Positions 18,454 through 27,733 of a stretch of 64,000 bases of DNA are shown piece after piece (position 1 is the first letter of the stretch; every line of letters begins with the position of its first letter). The position numbers and the translations under genes were made by a program. The stretch spans positions 3,939-67,938 of the forward strand of contig JACQEN010000195.1 of the NCBI GenBank assembly GCA_016200585.1, in the 5' to 3' direction. Under the pieces are notes generated by a model. That model saw nothing but the letters and a program-made list of their open reading frames with translations, was not told the DNA's origin and made no database searches. This stretch comes from Deltaproteobacteria bacterium. Lineage in GTDB: Bacteria; Desulfobacterota; Binatia; HRBIN30.

Positions 18454-21222
18454 ATGGCACAGATCAAAGGGCAATGGGCTGACAGCTACCGGCAAAAGTG
18501 GACGTGGGATCGAGTGACCTGGGGAAGTCACTCCGTCGACTGTTACCCCGGCGGTTGTCCGTGGCGCGTCTACACCAAGGACGGCAAGGTCATCCGCGAG
18601 GAGCAAGCCGGAGTGTTCACGCCGATCGAGGCCGGCGTGCCCGACATGAACCCCATGGGTTGCCAGAAGGGCGCTTGCTGGAGCGAGCTGCTCGACGCGC
18701 CGGATCGCATCACCGAGCCGCTCAAGCGGGTCGGCAAACGCGGCGAGGGTAAGTTCGAGCCGGTCTCGTGGGACGTGGCGCTGAACGACATCGCCGACGC
18801 CATGCTCGATGCGATCAAGGATCAAGGCTCAGAGTCGATCATTACGCTGATGACCCCCGAGTTCGCCGCCGCCGGTGCCCGCTCCTTCAGCGACGCTTTG
18901 GGAACGCCGACGACCGACGGCAACGCCGAGTTCCAAGACTTTAGCCCCGGCTTTCATCTGACCTTCGGGTTGTACAACCCGGTGGCGTCGATGGACGATT
19001 GGTTCCTGGCCGAGCTGACGCTCATCTGGCACGCCAACCCGGTGTACACCAACATCCACTGGTACCACTACGTTGCCGAGTCGCGCTACAACGGCGGTGA
19101 GGTCGTCACCATCTCTCCCGACTACAGCCCGTCGGCGATCCATGCGGATTACCACGTTCCGGTTCGCATCGGCACCGATGCCGCGTTCTCCCTCGCCATG
19201 TGCAAGACGATCATCGACGCCGGCCTCTACAACAAGAAATTCGTCCAGGAGCAGACCGATCTACCGCTGCTCGTGCGCAAAGACAGCGGCCGCTTTCTGC
19301 GCGGCAACGATCTTGCCGACGACGATCGTGAAGATCAGTTCTTCTGGGCCGACGAAAATGGCGGCGTCGTGACGCCGGCGCCACGACACACGTTGGCGGC
19401 GGCAGGAGTGAGCCCGGCGCTCGAAGGCACGTACCAGGTCATGCTCAAGGACGGGAACACCGTCGAGGTGGAGCCGGTCTTCCAGCGGTTGCAGCGTCAG
19501 CTGGAGAACTTCACCCCGGAGAAGGCGAGCAAGATCTGTGAGGTTCACCCGGACAACATCCGCGAGCTGGCCCGCAAAGTCGCGACGCGCAAGACCAAGA
19601 TCTTCATCGGTTGGAATTCCGGGAAGTACTACCACGGCGACTTGATGGAGCGTTCGATGGCGCTGCTGCTGGCGCTCACCGGCAATTGGGGGAAGAAGGG
19701 GACCGGAACACGTTCGTGGGCGGCCGGCGGGTGGGACGGGATGGCGTTCATGGCGGACAAGGGGATGCCGGGACAAGACGCCGCTCGGATGGCGCACCAA
19801 GCGCGCACTCTCATGCGGCGCCTGATGACGATGGACGATCCGACGCGCACCTTGGAGCAGATCACCAACCACGTGTCGGCGATGAATCCCGAGCTCGGCG
19901 GTTTTGGCGCCATGATCCCACCGGCGTTCCTGTGGTACTACCAGTACGGCTACAAGGAACGCTGGAACAACCGCGAGAACAACGACCCGTCGATGAAACG
20001 CAGCTTCGACGAGTACGTCAACGAGGCGATCGACAAAGGATGGTTCGGTTCCTACTGCTCGGAGGCATATCGCGACGTCGAGCCGCGCGTTCTCTTCGAG
20101 TCGGGCGGCAACATGCTGCGGCGGCAGCGCGGTGGTCAGAAGTTGTTGCTCGACAAGCTGTGGCCGAAGCTCAAGATGATCGTCTCGGTGGACTTTCGTC
20201 TCAACACCACGGGCATGTACTCCGACTACGTTTTGCCCGCCGCCCAGCACTACGAAAAGCTCGGGCAGAGCATGCCGTCGGTGCATCACCTCAACTGGGT
20301 GCTCACCGACCGTGCCGTACCACCGCCGGGCAATGCGCTGAGCGAGCACGACATCGGCATCAAGATCCTCGAAGCGATTGAGCGCCGTGCCGCGGCGCGC
20401 GGTATGACCGACTTCACCGATCGCAAAGGGATGACGCGCGCGCTCACCGGTCTGGTGGCCAAGGCCACGCTCAACGGTGCGATGCGTGACGAAGAGAAGT
20501 TCTACGACGAGGCGGTGCGCGACAACGCCGTCTACGGCATCCTGCCGGAGGGTACGTCGCTCGCAACGTTGCGGGAGAAGGGTTACGTGCGCTGGACCGG
20601 CTGGGGCATGGCGGGCCATGGTGAATCGCAGGCGTCGACGATCAAGGCGGATGAAGTCCACAACCCGCTGCGCTGGCACACCGAAGACAAGCTGCCGTAC
20701 GCCACACTCGTGCGCCGGGCACAATTCTACATCGACCACGAATGGTTTCTCGAAGCCGGCGAGGAGCTACCGACGCACAAAGAGACGCCGCCGCACGGCG
20801 GTCGCAATCGGCGCTTTCAGATGACCAGCGGGCACAATCGTTGGAGCATTCATTCGATGAACATGACCAACCGCAACCTGCTCAACACCCATCGCGGCGA
20901 ACCCTTCGTGTTCATCAACGACAAGGATGCGGTGAGTCTCGACATCATCAACGGCGAGCACGTGAAGCTCGTCAGCGACGTCGGCGAAACCATCCTTCAA
21001 GCCAAGATCACACCGGCGTGCCGGCCGGGACAAGTGATCGTGTACAACGGCTTCGAGCCGTTCATGCACAAAAACTGGTATGGCCAAGCCGATATCGAAC
21101 CCGGCCACGTCAAGTGGCTCGGCCTCGCCGCCGGCTACGGACATCTCACCTACCGTCCGACGTCGTGGCAACCGATCCCGGCCGACCGGGCGGTGCGTGT
21201 TGATGTGCAGAAAGTTGCGTAG
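18454..21222 (+). CDS. Molybdopterin (bis-MGD) catalytic alpha subunit, type-II DMSO-reductase family, no Tat signal
   Basis: ORF track 17818..21222. The real start is MAQIKGQWADSYRQKWTWDRVTWGSHSVDCYPGGCPWRVYTKDGKVIREEQ, which is NarG-like N-terminal logic with an FS0-type His/Cys group. Length is 923 aa. There is no twin-arginine leader. Confidence 0.85.
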   Translation: MAQIKGQWADSYRQKWTWDRVTWGSHSVDCYPGGCPWRVYTKDGKVIREEQAGVFTPIEAGVPDMNPMGCQKGACWSELLDAPDRITEPLKRVGKRGEGKFEPVSWDVALNDIADAMLDAIKDQGSESIITLMTPEFAAAGARSFSDALGTPTTDGNAEFQDFSPGFHLTFGLYNPVASMDDWFLAELTLIWHANPVYTNIHWYHYVAESRYNGGEVVTISPDYSPSAIHADYHVPVRIGTDAAFSLAMCKTIIDAGLYNKKFVQEQTDLPLLVRKDSGRFLRGNDLADDDREDQFFWADENGGVVTPAPRHTLAAAGVSPALEGTYQVMLKDGNTVEVEPVFQRLQRQLENFTPEKASKICEVHPDNIRELARKVATRKTKIFIGWNSGKYYHGDLMERSMALLLALTGNWGKKGTGTRSWAAGGWDGMAFMADKGMPGQDAARMAHQARTLMRRLMTMDDPTRTLEQITNHVSAMNPELGGFGAMIPPAFLWYYQYGYKERWNNRENNDPSMKRSFDEYVNEAIDKGWFGSYCSEAYRDVEPRVLFESGGNMLRRQRGGQKLLLDKLWPKLKMIVSVDFRLNTTGMYSDYVLPAAQHYEKLGQSMPSVHHLNWVLTDRAVPPPGNALSEHDIGIKILEAIERRAAARGMTDFTDRKGMTRALTGLVAKATLNGAMRDEEKFYDEAVRDNAVYGILPEGTSLATLREKGYVRWTGWGMAGHGESQASTIKADEVHNPLRWHTEDKLPYATLVRRAQFYIDHEWFLEAGEELPTHKETPPHGGRNRRFQMTSGHNRWSIHSMNMTNRNLLNTHRGEPFVFINDKDAVSLDIINGEHVKLVSDVGETILQAKITPACRPGQVIVYNGFEPFMHKNWYGQADIEPGHVKWLGLAAGYGHLTYRPTSWQPIPADRAVRVDVQKVA

Positions 21223-21345
21223 GGCTAGCCCCCGGGCTAGCCCCGGAACTACGTCTGGGCCGATCCGTTGCAGAGGCCCCTTCTCGATCGACGTTCCCGA
21301 GTCTTGCGGTGCGAACTGAGCGAGTGCGAATGTTCTGGCGCTGGC

Positions 21346-22164
21346 TCACTCGCTTCCCCGGTTGAACCGTGGCCTTCTTTTCTCGAGGAACGCCATCATC
21401 CCCTCCCGCTGGTCCGGCGTCCCCATTGTCGCGAGGACCGCGCGGCGTTCCTCGGCAATGCCCTCCGCGAGCGGCTTGTCACCGGCGCCGACGATGCATC
21501 GGAGCATTCCGGCGACAGCGATTCTCGGCATATCCGCCAACTCGCGCGCCAGCGCCTGGGCGCGCTCAAACAACTCCGCGATCGGCCAGACTTCATTGAC
21601 TAGACCGATCCGCAACGCTTCGGGACCCGAGATCTTCTTCGCGCGCAGGATCATATCGAGGGCATGATCCCGTCCGACGCAACGCGTGAGGCGCGCGCTC
21701 CCGCCCCACGCGGGGACGGTGCCGAGATCCAGCTCGGGAAGCCCTATCTTGCAGCCTTCCGCCGCCGCGAGGCGGAAGTGACAGGCGAGCGGCAGCTCGA
21801 GACCGCCGCCGAGGCAATAGCCATACAACACGGCGACCACTGGCTTCGGGAGGTTTTCGATCGCGTCGAGGACACGCAGGCGTTGGTCGAACAGGGCCTC
21901 TATGCTTCCCTTTCGGTTGACTCCCTCCGGGAGCTGTTTCAGGTCCATTCCGACCGAGAAGTTCTCGGTTCCCGCGCCGCGAATAACAATGGCAAGCACG
22001 CCGGGGTCGTCCGCGACGCGTGCGACCGCGGCTTCGAGCGCGTCCATGAAGTCGAGGCTCATGCGGTTCCGCGGGTAATCGTTGATTACCAACGTCTCGA
22101 CCGGTCCGTTGTGTTCGATGAGCAACGGAGCCTCGGTCGCATTTCCGTCTGCGGACATCGGCAT
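21346..22164 (-). CDS. Enoyl-CoA hydratase/isomerase (crotonase) family protein
   Basis: ORF track 21346..22221 (GTG start). ATG 22164 (MPMSADG) is more likely. Crotonase motifs are GAGTENFSVGMDL and YGYCLGGGLELPLACHFRL. Confidence 0.85.
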   Translation of the reverse strand: MPMSADGNATEAPLLIEHNGPVETLVINDYPRNRMSLDFMDALEAAVARVADDPGVLAIVIRGAGTENFSVGMDLKQLPEGVNRKGSIEALFDQRLRVLDAIENLPKPVVAVLYGYCLGGGLELPLACHFRLAAAEGCKIGLPELDLGTVPAWGGSARLTRCVGRDHALDMILRAKKISGPEALRIGLVNEVWPIAELFERAQALARELADMPRIAVAGMLRCIVGAGDKPLAEGIAEERRAVLATMGTPDQREGMMAFLEKRRPRFNRGSE

Positions 22165-22433
22165 ACGCTTTACTACACGGTCGGCGTCGATAGCGCCAAC
22201 CCGGCCCGGCCAGGCGCGCACTGACGACTACCTGTGGACCTTTCCCAAGTAAGAGGACCGGCAGGCGTCACCGGCGAGAATTGACGATCCACCGAGCCCT
22301 CGAGTCTCCTTCTGTGGCAAGCCGTCGCAGCGCACGACCGGGCAAACGGCGCGTGATGGCGTTCTGATAGTTGCGCAACAGCGCTTCGATCCACTCGTCG
22401 CTCATAGGTGTGCCCCGATTTCGCTATCGTCGT

Positions 22434-23249
22434 TCACGCGACGCGACCTCCTGGGATGGGCGGTCCGCCGGCGTAGACGCTGTGTACGTGGATCGTTCCG
22501 GTCTTGCCGGCTTGCTCCCATCGGACTTTGGCTTGGTACGAGATTGCCTCGGCGGTCAGAACGTTGGCGGCGACGCGCCCGCCGATCACCGGGGTGGTCG
22601 GCTGTGGGCAGTGACCCAGATGCTGATCCAAGCAAACGGCCAACTGCCACTCCCCTTTCGGTTGCAGCGACAGCGCCGGGACGACGAACGGGTAGCCGTC
22701 GGTGCCGATCCAGGACATCACTTTGATCGCCGCCATGCGTCCGAACTCGCGGCGTGCTGCTGCTGGCACGCGTGCTTCAGCCCCGTCGTGCACCGCGTCG
22801 CGCAGCGCCGACAAGCGAGCCGAGGCGAAATCTCTGGCTACTTGCAGGCGCGTTAGCGAGAACGTGGCTTCGACGGTTCGTGCGCGCAGCAGGCCGGCGT
22901 TGCGAATGCCGGTGTAGGCATTGTAGCGCAGCATCTTGGCGCTGTTCTGACGTTCGACGTACGAACCGGAGCGCTGAAACTCCAGAAAGTCGGCGGTCAG
23001 AATCCAACCGTGGAGCTCAGGCGTCATCACCAGGATGCCGACACGCGGATCGGACTCGAGGTTCCTGACGCTCTTGCGCAACAGGAAATTACCGAAGAAT
23101 AGGAGGTCGCTTTCATCGCTGTCGGGCATCAGCGAGAGGCAAGGGACGACGTTCGGTTCCCATGCCGGTCCACGGGTGGCGAGGAATTTCGGTGTACGCT
23201 CGCCGCGTAGTGCCTCGAGGAGTCCTGGCGTGTCTGCGAGTAGGGACAT
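22434..23249 (-). CDS. Tandem PNPOx-like (FMN-binding split-barrel) domain protein, putative
   Basis: The two halves each have the PNPOx-like pattern (NVVPCLSLMP..LLFFGNFLLRKSVRNLESDPRVGILV and DGYPFVVPALSLQP..). This is a weak by-eye assignment. The gene sits 36 nt downstream of the GRE activase. Confidence 0.45.
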   Translation of the reverse strand: MSLLADTPGLLEALRGERTPKFLATRGPAWEPNVVPCLSLMPDSDESDLLFFGNFLLRKSVRNLESDPRVGILVMTPELHGWILTADFLEFQRSGSYVERQNSAKMLRYNAYTGIRNAGLLRARTVEATFSLTRLQVARDFASARLSALRDAVHDGAEARVPAAARREFGRMAAIKVMSWIGTDGYPFVVPALSLQPKGEWQLAVCLDQHLGHCPQPTTPVIGGRVAANVLTAEAISYQAKVRWEQAGKTGTIHVHSVYAGGPPIPGGRVA

Positions 23250-23284
23250 GGCTCGACCTTACGCTGACGGGCTCGTTGCTCTTC

Positions 23285-24265
23285 TCAACACGTCGCCCCC
23301 GACCATTGCGCTTGCGGAACGAGCTCGACCGCGACGCGCCATAGCGCTTCCATGTCACCGCGAGTGAGCAGCGCCGCGTCCTCGAGGGCGTAGGGCCGAT
23401 CGAGACGATGATACTTGGGGCGCCCGAGGTTGGTGTAGGCCAGCAGATCCCAGCGTTGTACGCTCGGCAAACAATTGCGGATGAAGTCGGCGATGGCGCG
23501 GATGTTGTCTGCATTGGCCGTGTAGCCGGGGACGAGCGGCGTACGAATCCACAGCGGCGTACCGTGCTCGGCCAGCAAACGAGCATTGTCGAGGATCAAT
23601 TCGTTGGACACGCCGGTGGCGGCTTTGCTTGCGGCTGCGTCCATGACCTTGAGGTCGTAGAGCACCAGGTCGATCCACGGCAGCACGCGACGCAAACGGT
23701 CGCTGGCGACGGCGCCGCAGGTGTCGAGGGCCACCTGCAGACCGGCGGCTTTGCACAGCGGCAGGACCTCACTCAGAAAGTCGATTTGCGTGAGAGGTTC
23801 GCCGCCGCTGAAGGTGACGCCCCCTCCCGAGGTTTCGTAGAACACTTGATCCTTGAGCAACTCGTCGAGCAGCTCTTCGGCTGTCCACTGCTTGCCGATG
23901 AGCTCGAACGCTGCCGAGGGGCAAGCACGAACGCATTTGCCGCACAGGGTGCAGCGAGCGCGGTCGATCTGCATGCCGCTCTGCGACAACGCCAGCGCCT
24001 GTTCCGGGCAGATGGAGAGACACTCGCGGGCCGCAATACAGCGCACGTCGTACCACATCAGATCGGGGGCAACGCGCATGCCCTCGGGATTGTGACACCA
24101 GGCGCAGCGCAACGGACAGCCTTTGAGGAATACCGTGGTCCGAATGCCCGGGCCGTCTTCGGTGCTGAACTGTTGGATATTGAAAGTGGTGCCGGTGACG
24201 CTGAGGTTGCGGAGCAGCGGCGCGCTTGCAGCCGCGGTTGCTGCGGCGGTTGAACTAGAGTCCAT
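23285..24265 (-). CDS. Glycyl-radical enzyme activating enzyme (radical SAM, with a ferredoxin-like two-cluster insert)
   Basis: The radical-SAM motif is GCPLRCAWCHNPEG, preceded by FSTEDGPGIRTTVFLKG. Extra clusters are CIAARECLSICP and CTLCGKCVRACP. The start MDSSST is at 24265 and overlaps the GRE stop by 11 nt; the longer ORF-track start is an extension into the GRE. Confidence 0.9.
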   Translation of the reverse strand: MDSSSTAAATAAASAPLLRNLSVTGTTFNIQQFSTEDGPGIRTTVFLKGCPLRCAWCHNPEGMRVAPDLMWYDVRCIAARECLSICPEQALALSQSGMQIDRARCTLCGKCVRACPSAAFELIGKQWTAEELLDELLKDQVFYETSGGGVTFSGGEPLTQIDFLSEVLPLCKAAGLQVALDTCGAVASDRLRRVLPWIDLVLYDLKVMDAAASKAATGVSNELILDNARLLAEHGTPLWIRTPLVPGYTANADNIRAIADFIRNCLPSVQRWDLLAYTNLGRPKYHRLDRPYALEDAALLTRGDMEALWRVAVELVPQAQWSGATC

Positions 24266-26693
24266 GTGACTCGCGGGCGATGATCTCGTCTTGAATCTCT
24301 TTGCCCAAGCCGGCGAAGTAGGCGTTGTAGCCGGTGACGCGGACCAGAAGATTGCGGTACTCGTCGGGATGTTTCTGGGCGGCGCGCAGCGTCGCCGCAT
24401 CGATGACGTTGATCTGCAAACACGTGCCGCCGACCTTGTCGTAGGCGCGCAGCAACCCTTTGAGCTTGGCACGCTGCTCGGGGTTGCGCAGCAGTGATGG
24501 GCTGAAGGACATCGTATGGCTGGCGCCGTTGGGAGCGCTGGCGAGATGGAGGTGTCCGACGCTCTTGATGACCGCCGTCGGGCCCTTGCGATCGGCGCCG
24601 TTCACCGGGCACACGGCGTTCGACAGGTACTGGCCGCGCTTGCGGCCGTCGGGTGTTGCGGCGGTCGTCGGCGCGTAGGCAATCCAGTAGTTCCACGAAA
24701 GATAGCCGCCGCGGTAGCGTTTGCCGGTGGGTGACGTGTGCTGAAACACCGCTTCGGTCCAGCAGCGACTGATGTCGCGCGCCAAGGCGTCGACGGCGGC
24801 GTCATCATTTCCGTACTTCGGGGCCTTGTGCAGCAACGTTTGTCGCAGTGGCTCGTGGCCGTCGAAGTTGGCACGCAGCGCGTCGAGCAGCTGCGGCATC
24901 TCGATCTGGTGTTCTTCGAATACCAACCTCTTCACCGCCGCGAGGCTGTCCGCCGCCGTTGCCAGCGCGATCCCTTCGACGGTGAGGAAGTTGAATCGGG
25001 CGCCACCGGCATTGCTGTCGCGGCCGCTCTGCAGGCAGCCATCGACGACGGCGCTCATGTAGGGGACGGGCTCCCAACGGCCGCGCCCGGCGTCGGCCAT
25101 GTCGTTGACGCGGATGATCCAGTCGGCGAGATGCAAGAGCTGGGCGCGGAAGGCGTGCCACAGGTCATCGAACGATTCGAAGTCGGACGCCAAACCGGTT
25201 TGCGGTCCGATCTGCTTGCCCGTCGCCGGATCGCGGCCGTCGTTCAACGCCAGCTCGATGGCTTTGGCGAGATTGAGGTTGACGTCGACCGTTCCCGAGC
25301 GGTCACAGCCGGCCAGGGTATTCTCGAGGCAGCCGACGGGGGCATAGTCCCACAGTTGCTCTTCCGGCAAACCCTGCCATCGCAGGCCGGCCATCGATGC
25401 TTCATCGAAGTTGAGCAAGAACGGCGAGCCCTGGGCTCGCGCCAGCGAGTCGACAATACGGTCGAGCAGCGGCTCCGGTGTCTTGGCGTGCAGGCGAATG
25501 TTGGGTTTCGGCTCGAGCAAGTTGATCTCGTCGATGACGTCGAGCATCAGATGGGTCAGCTCGTTTGACGCGTCGGAACCGTCGGCTTTGATGCCGCCGA
25601 GGGTGATCAGCTGTCCGAACGATGCGTTGATCCCCTGGTTCGTTCCGGTCCAGCCCTGATAGTCATAGACGTAGTTGTGCTTGATCCACCAACACTCCAG
25701 CCATTCTTTGGCGGTGTCGCGGGTCAATCGTCCGGCGGCGATGTCGGCTTCGTAGTAGGGCAGAAGGTACTGGTCGACGCGTCCCGGCGACACGCCCGGT
25801 CCGGGATAGCTCTCCGCCGCCATCAACAACATGTGCGTCGTCCACAGCGCCTGCAGCGCTTCGGGGAATGTTTCCGGCGGATTCCAGGGGACCTTACCGG
25901 CGATGCGAGCGATCTCCTGCAGCTCGGCAATCCGTGTCGGATCGTTTCCCTGCCCCGACAGCCGTCGCGCCTCGGCGGCGTTGCGGCGCATGTAGTCGCG
26001 CACGCCGTCGGCGCAAATCATCACCGCGCGGGCGAGGTCGCGTTGCGCTGCCGTCGCGTCCGGCGCTTCGGCGATGTCTCGTGCTTCATAGTAGAGCCCA
26101 CTCCAGCCGACGCGCAGCGCTTTGCGGTAGTCGGGCACCAGGTGGCCCGGAACCGCGGCACAGTTGCCGACGCCGCTGTCGTTGAGCTGGTGCCATTCGG
26201 CGAGGAAATCTCGTTCGGCATGGTCGCGCTCGCGTGCTTCACGCTTGTTCAGGCAGCGCGACAGTGCGGTGTTTAAGTGCGAACCGACGATCAATTCACC
26301 CTCGAGAATCTCGACCGGCAAGTACTGGCGCAGGACTTCACGGAAAAAGAGGGCTCGACGGACGACGAGTGGCTCTCGCCAAAAGTGATGCGGCAGTTCT
26401 ACCCGGGTCGCTGCGGCCAGCAGGTACGAACGGAACCCCGGCAGGAAAAGCGCGGTTTCCGGAACATTGGTCCACGACCACATCGAGTACACCGTGTCCC
26501 ATGCCGTGCCGGTGGTGAAGGCGCGCACCTCGTTGGTGTAGGTGCGGTCGTAGAACGACCAATACTGATCGCGCAAATGCTGGATGCGTGGCGATAGGGT
26601 CGATGCGGCTGCCCATAGATCGCCCGGGGAGAGCCCCCCCCGCGACTCGCTGACCGCCATTGTTCCGCCCCCTGGGCCGTACGAATCGAGCAT
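24255..26693 (-). CDS. Glycyl radical enzyme (PFL-family, non-PFL C-x-E type), substrate unknown
   Basis: The glycine-radical motif is LLVRVTGYNAYFAG, with the Gly codon at 24330..24332. The thiyl loop is APVGCLENT, with the Cys codon at 25329..25331, 333 residues upstream of the Gly. The start is uncertain (26693 MLDSYG or 26660 MAVSE); the ORF track extends to 26801. Confidence 0.9.
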   Translation of the reverse strand: MLDSYGPGGGTMAVSESRGGLSPGDLWAAASTLSPRIQHLRDQYWSFYDRTYTNEVRAFTTGTAWDTVYSMWSWTNVPETALFLPGFRSYLLAAATRVELPHHFWREPLVVRRALFFREVLRQYLPVEILEGELIVGSHLNTALSRCLNKREARERDHAERDFLAEWHQLNDSGVGNCAAVPGHLVPDYRKALRVGWSGLYYEARDIAEAPDATAAQRDLARAVMICADGVRDYMRRNAAEARRLSGQGNDPTRIAELQEIARIAGKVPWNPPETFPEALQALWTTHMLLMAAESYPGPGVSPGRVDQYLLPYYEADIAAGRLTRDTAKEWLECWWIKHNYVYDYQGWTGTNQGINASFGQLITLGGIKADGSDASNELTHLMLDVIDEINLLEPKPNIRLHAKTPEPLLDRIVDSLARAQGSPFLLNFDEASMAGLRWQGLPEEQLWDYAPVGCLENTLAGCDRSGTVDVNLNLAKAIELALNDGRDPATGKQIGPQTGLASDFESFDDLWHAFRAQLLHLADWIIRVNDMADAGRGRWEPVPYMSAVVDGCLQSGRDSNAGGARFNFLTVEGIALATAADSLAAVKRLVFEEHQIEMPQLLDALRANFDGHEPLRQTLLHKAPKYGNDDAAVDALARDISRCWTEAVFQHTSPTGKRYRGGYLSWNYWIAYAPTTAATPDGRKRGQYLSNAVCPVNGADRKGPTAVIKSVGHLHLASAPNGASHTMSFSPSLLRNPEQRAKLKGLLRAYDKVGGTCLQINVIDAATLRAAQKHPDEYRNLLVRVTGYNAYFAGLGKEIQDEIIARESHGL

Positions 26694-26987
26694 CGATTTA
26701 ACCCAGGTGCAAATTGAGAGCCGTCGCCGCGGTTCAAAGAGTCTGAGAAACTTCTTGAAGGAATTTCCGGATCGTGGGAGAGGCGGAAGCTTGCGAAACA
26801 TGAGTCTGTTCGCGCACTCTGGGATTCGTAGATTGGGTCGACAGCAAATTTCTCCAACTTCTCCGATGGTCAGAGTTGTTAGTTTCGTGTTCAGGCGAGT
26901 CCGTAGCGAGCAGCGCCGGTCGATTCACCAATATCCATTTGCGACCTGGCGTCGTGACGTGAAATAGTTTTGCTCGAGGACGAATCG

Positions 26988-27538
26988 ATGCCCGCGCCAC
27001 CCACAACCTTGCCGTTCGATCTCGCCGCAGCGACTCAGTGCCTGAGCGAAAACGATGCCTGTCTGAAACGTTTGATCGCCGAGCTGCCGGCCTTCGAAAT
27101 CGATCTCAAGGAAGCGGTGTCGCCCTACGAAGCGCTGCTCGAAGCGATTGCCTATCAATCGATTTCCGGCAAGGCCGCGGCCACGATCTTCGGGCGTGTC
27201 AAAGCTCTGAGCGGCGGCGACCGCGTGACGACCTCGTCGAACGGATCGTTTCGGTGCGCGGCATCGGCGCGTGGACGGTCGAGATGTTCTTGATCTTCCG
27301 CCTCGGGCGTCCCGACGTGCTGCCGATTCACGACCTCGGCGTCAAGAAGGGATGGTCGATCGCCTACGGCAAGAAACACATGCCGAAGCCGAGAGAGTTG
27401 CTCGCGTTCGGCGAACGGTGGCGACCCTATCGAACCGTCGCCAGTTGGTACATGTGGCGTGCCTTCGAACGTGCTGGGTACGCCGCTACCAACCGGATCC
27501 GGGCGGCCAAGACGCGTGCGCTGCGCAAGGCTGAGTAG
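26988..27538 (+). pseudogene. HhH-GPD DNA-3-methyladenine glycosylase II (AlkA/Mag-like) with an internal deletion and frameshift
   Basis: The N-terminal part is in the frame of 26970..27293 (..SPYEALLEAIAYQSISGKAAATIFGRVKALSGG). The C-terminal part is in another frame, 27038..27538 (DDLVERIVSVRGIGAWTVEMFLIFRLGRPDVLPIHDLGV..). The junction is at about 27210..27227. The region normally found between these two parts appears to be missing. Confidence 0.6.
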
Positions 27539-27733
27539 ATCTGCATCGTCGGCAGATGGCTCCATTTCACAAGACCTGCTTGAGCTCGCAAAATCTCTGG
27601 TCAATGGCTCGGAGGTCGTGGTAAGGGCCTCTCCTCAAAGAGCCGTATTGATTCCGGGATCTGCCGCCCGGAGCCGAGGACGGGGGATTTTGGGTCTCGA
27701 CTCGCGGCTGGTTCGGTCTTGAGAGGGGGCGAT

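Noticed and set aside
22274-22405. A 43-codon minus-strand ORF (MSDEWIEALLRNYQNAITRRLPGRALRRLATEGDSRARWIVNSRR) between the PNPOx-like gene and the crotonase gene. I considered it as a possible GRE small subunit.
   Set aside because: It has no Shine-Dalgarno, and no Cys residues (BssB/BssC/HpdC-type small subunits bind Fe-S clusters). It is too short to evaluate by eye.
26801-26988. Small ORFs (26584..26967+, 26734..27006-, 26925..27158-) in the lower-GC gap between the GRE and the glycosylase pseudogene.
   Set aside because: They show no motifs and overlap one another. The region is most simply a divergent promoter/leader region.
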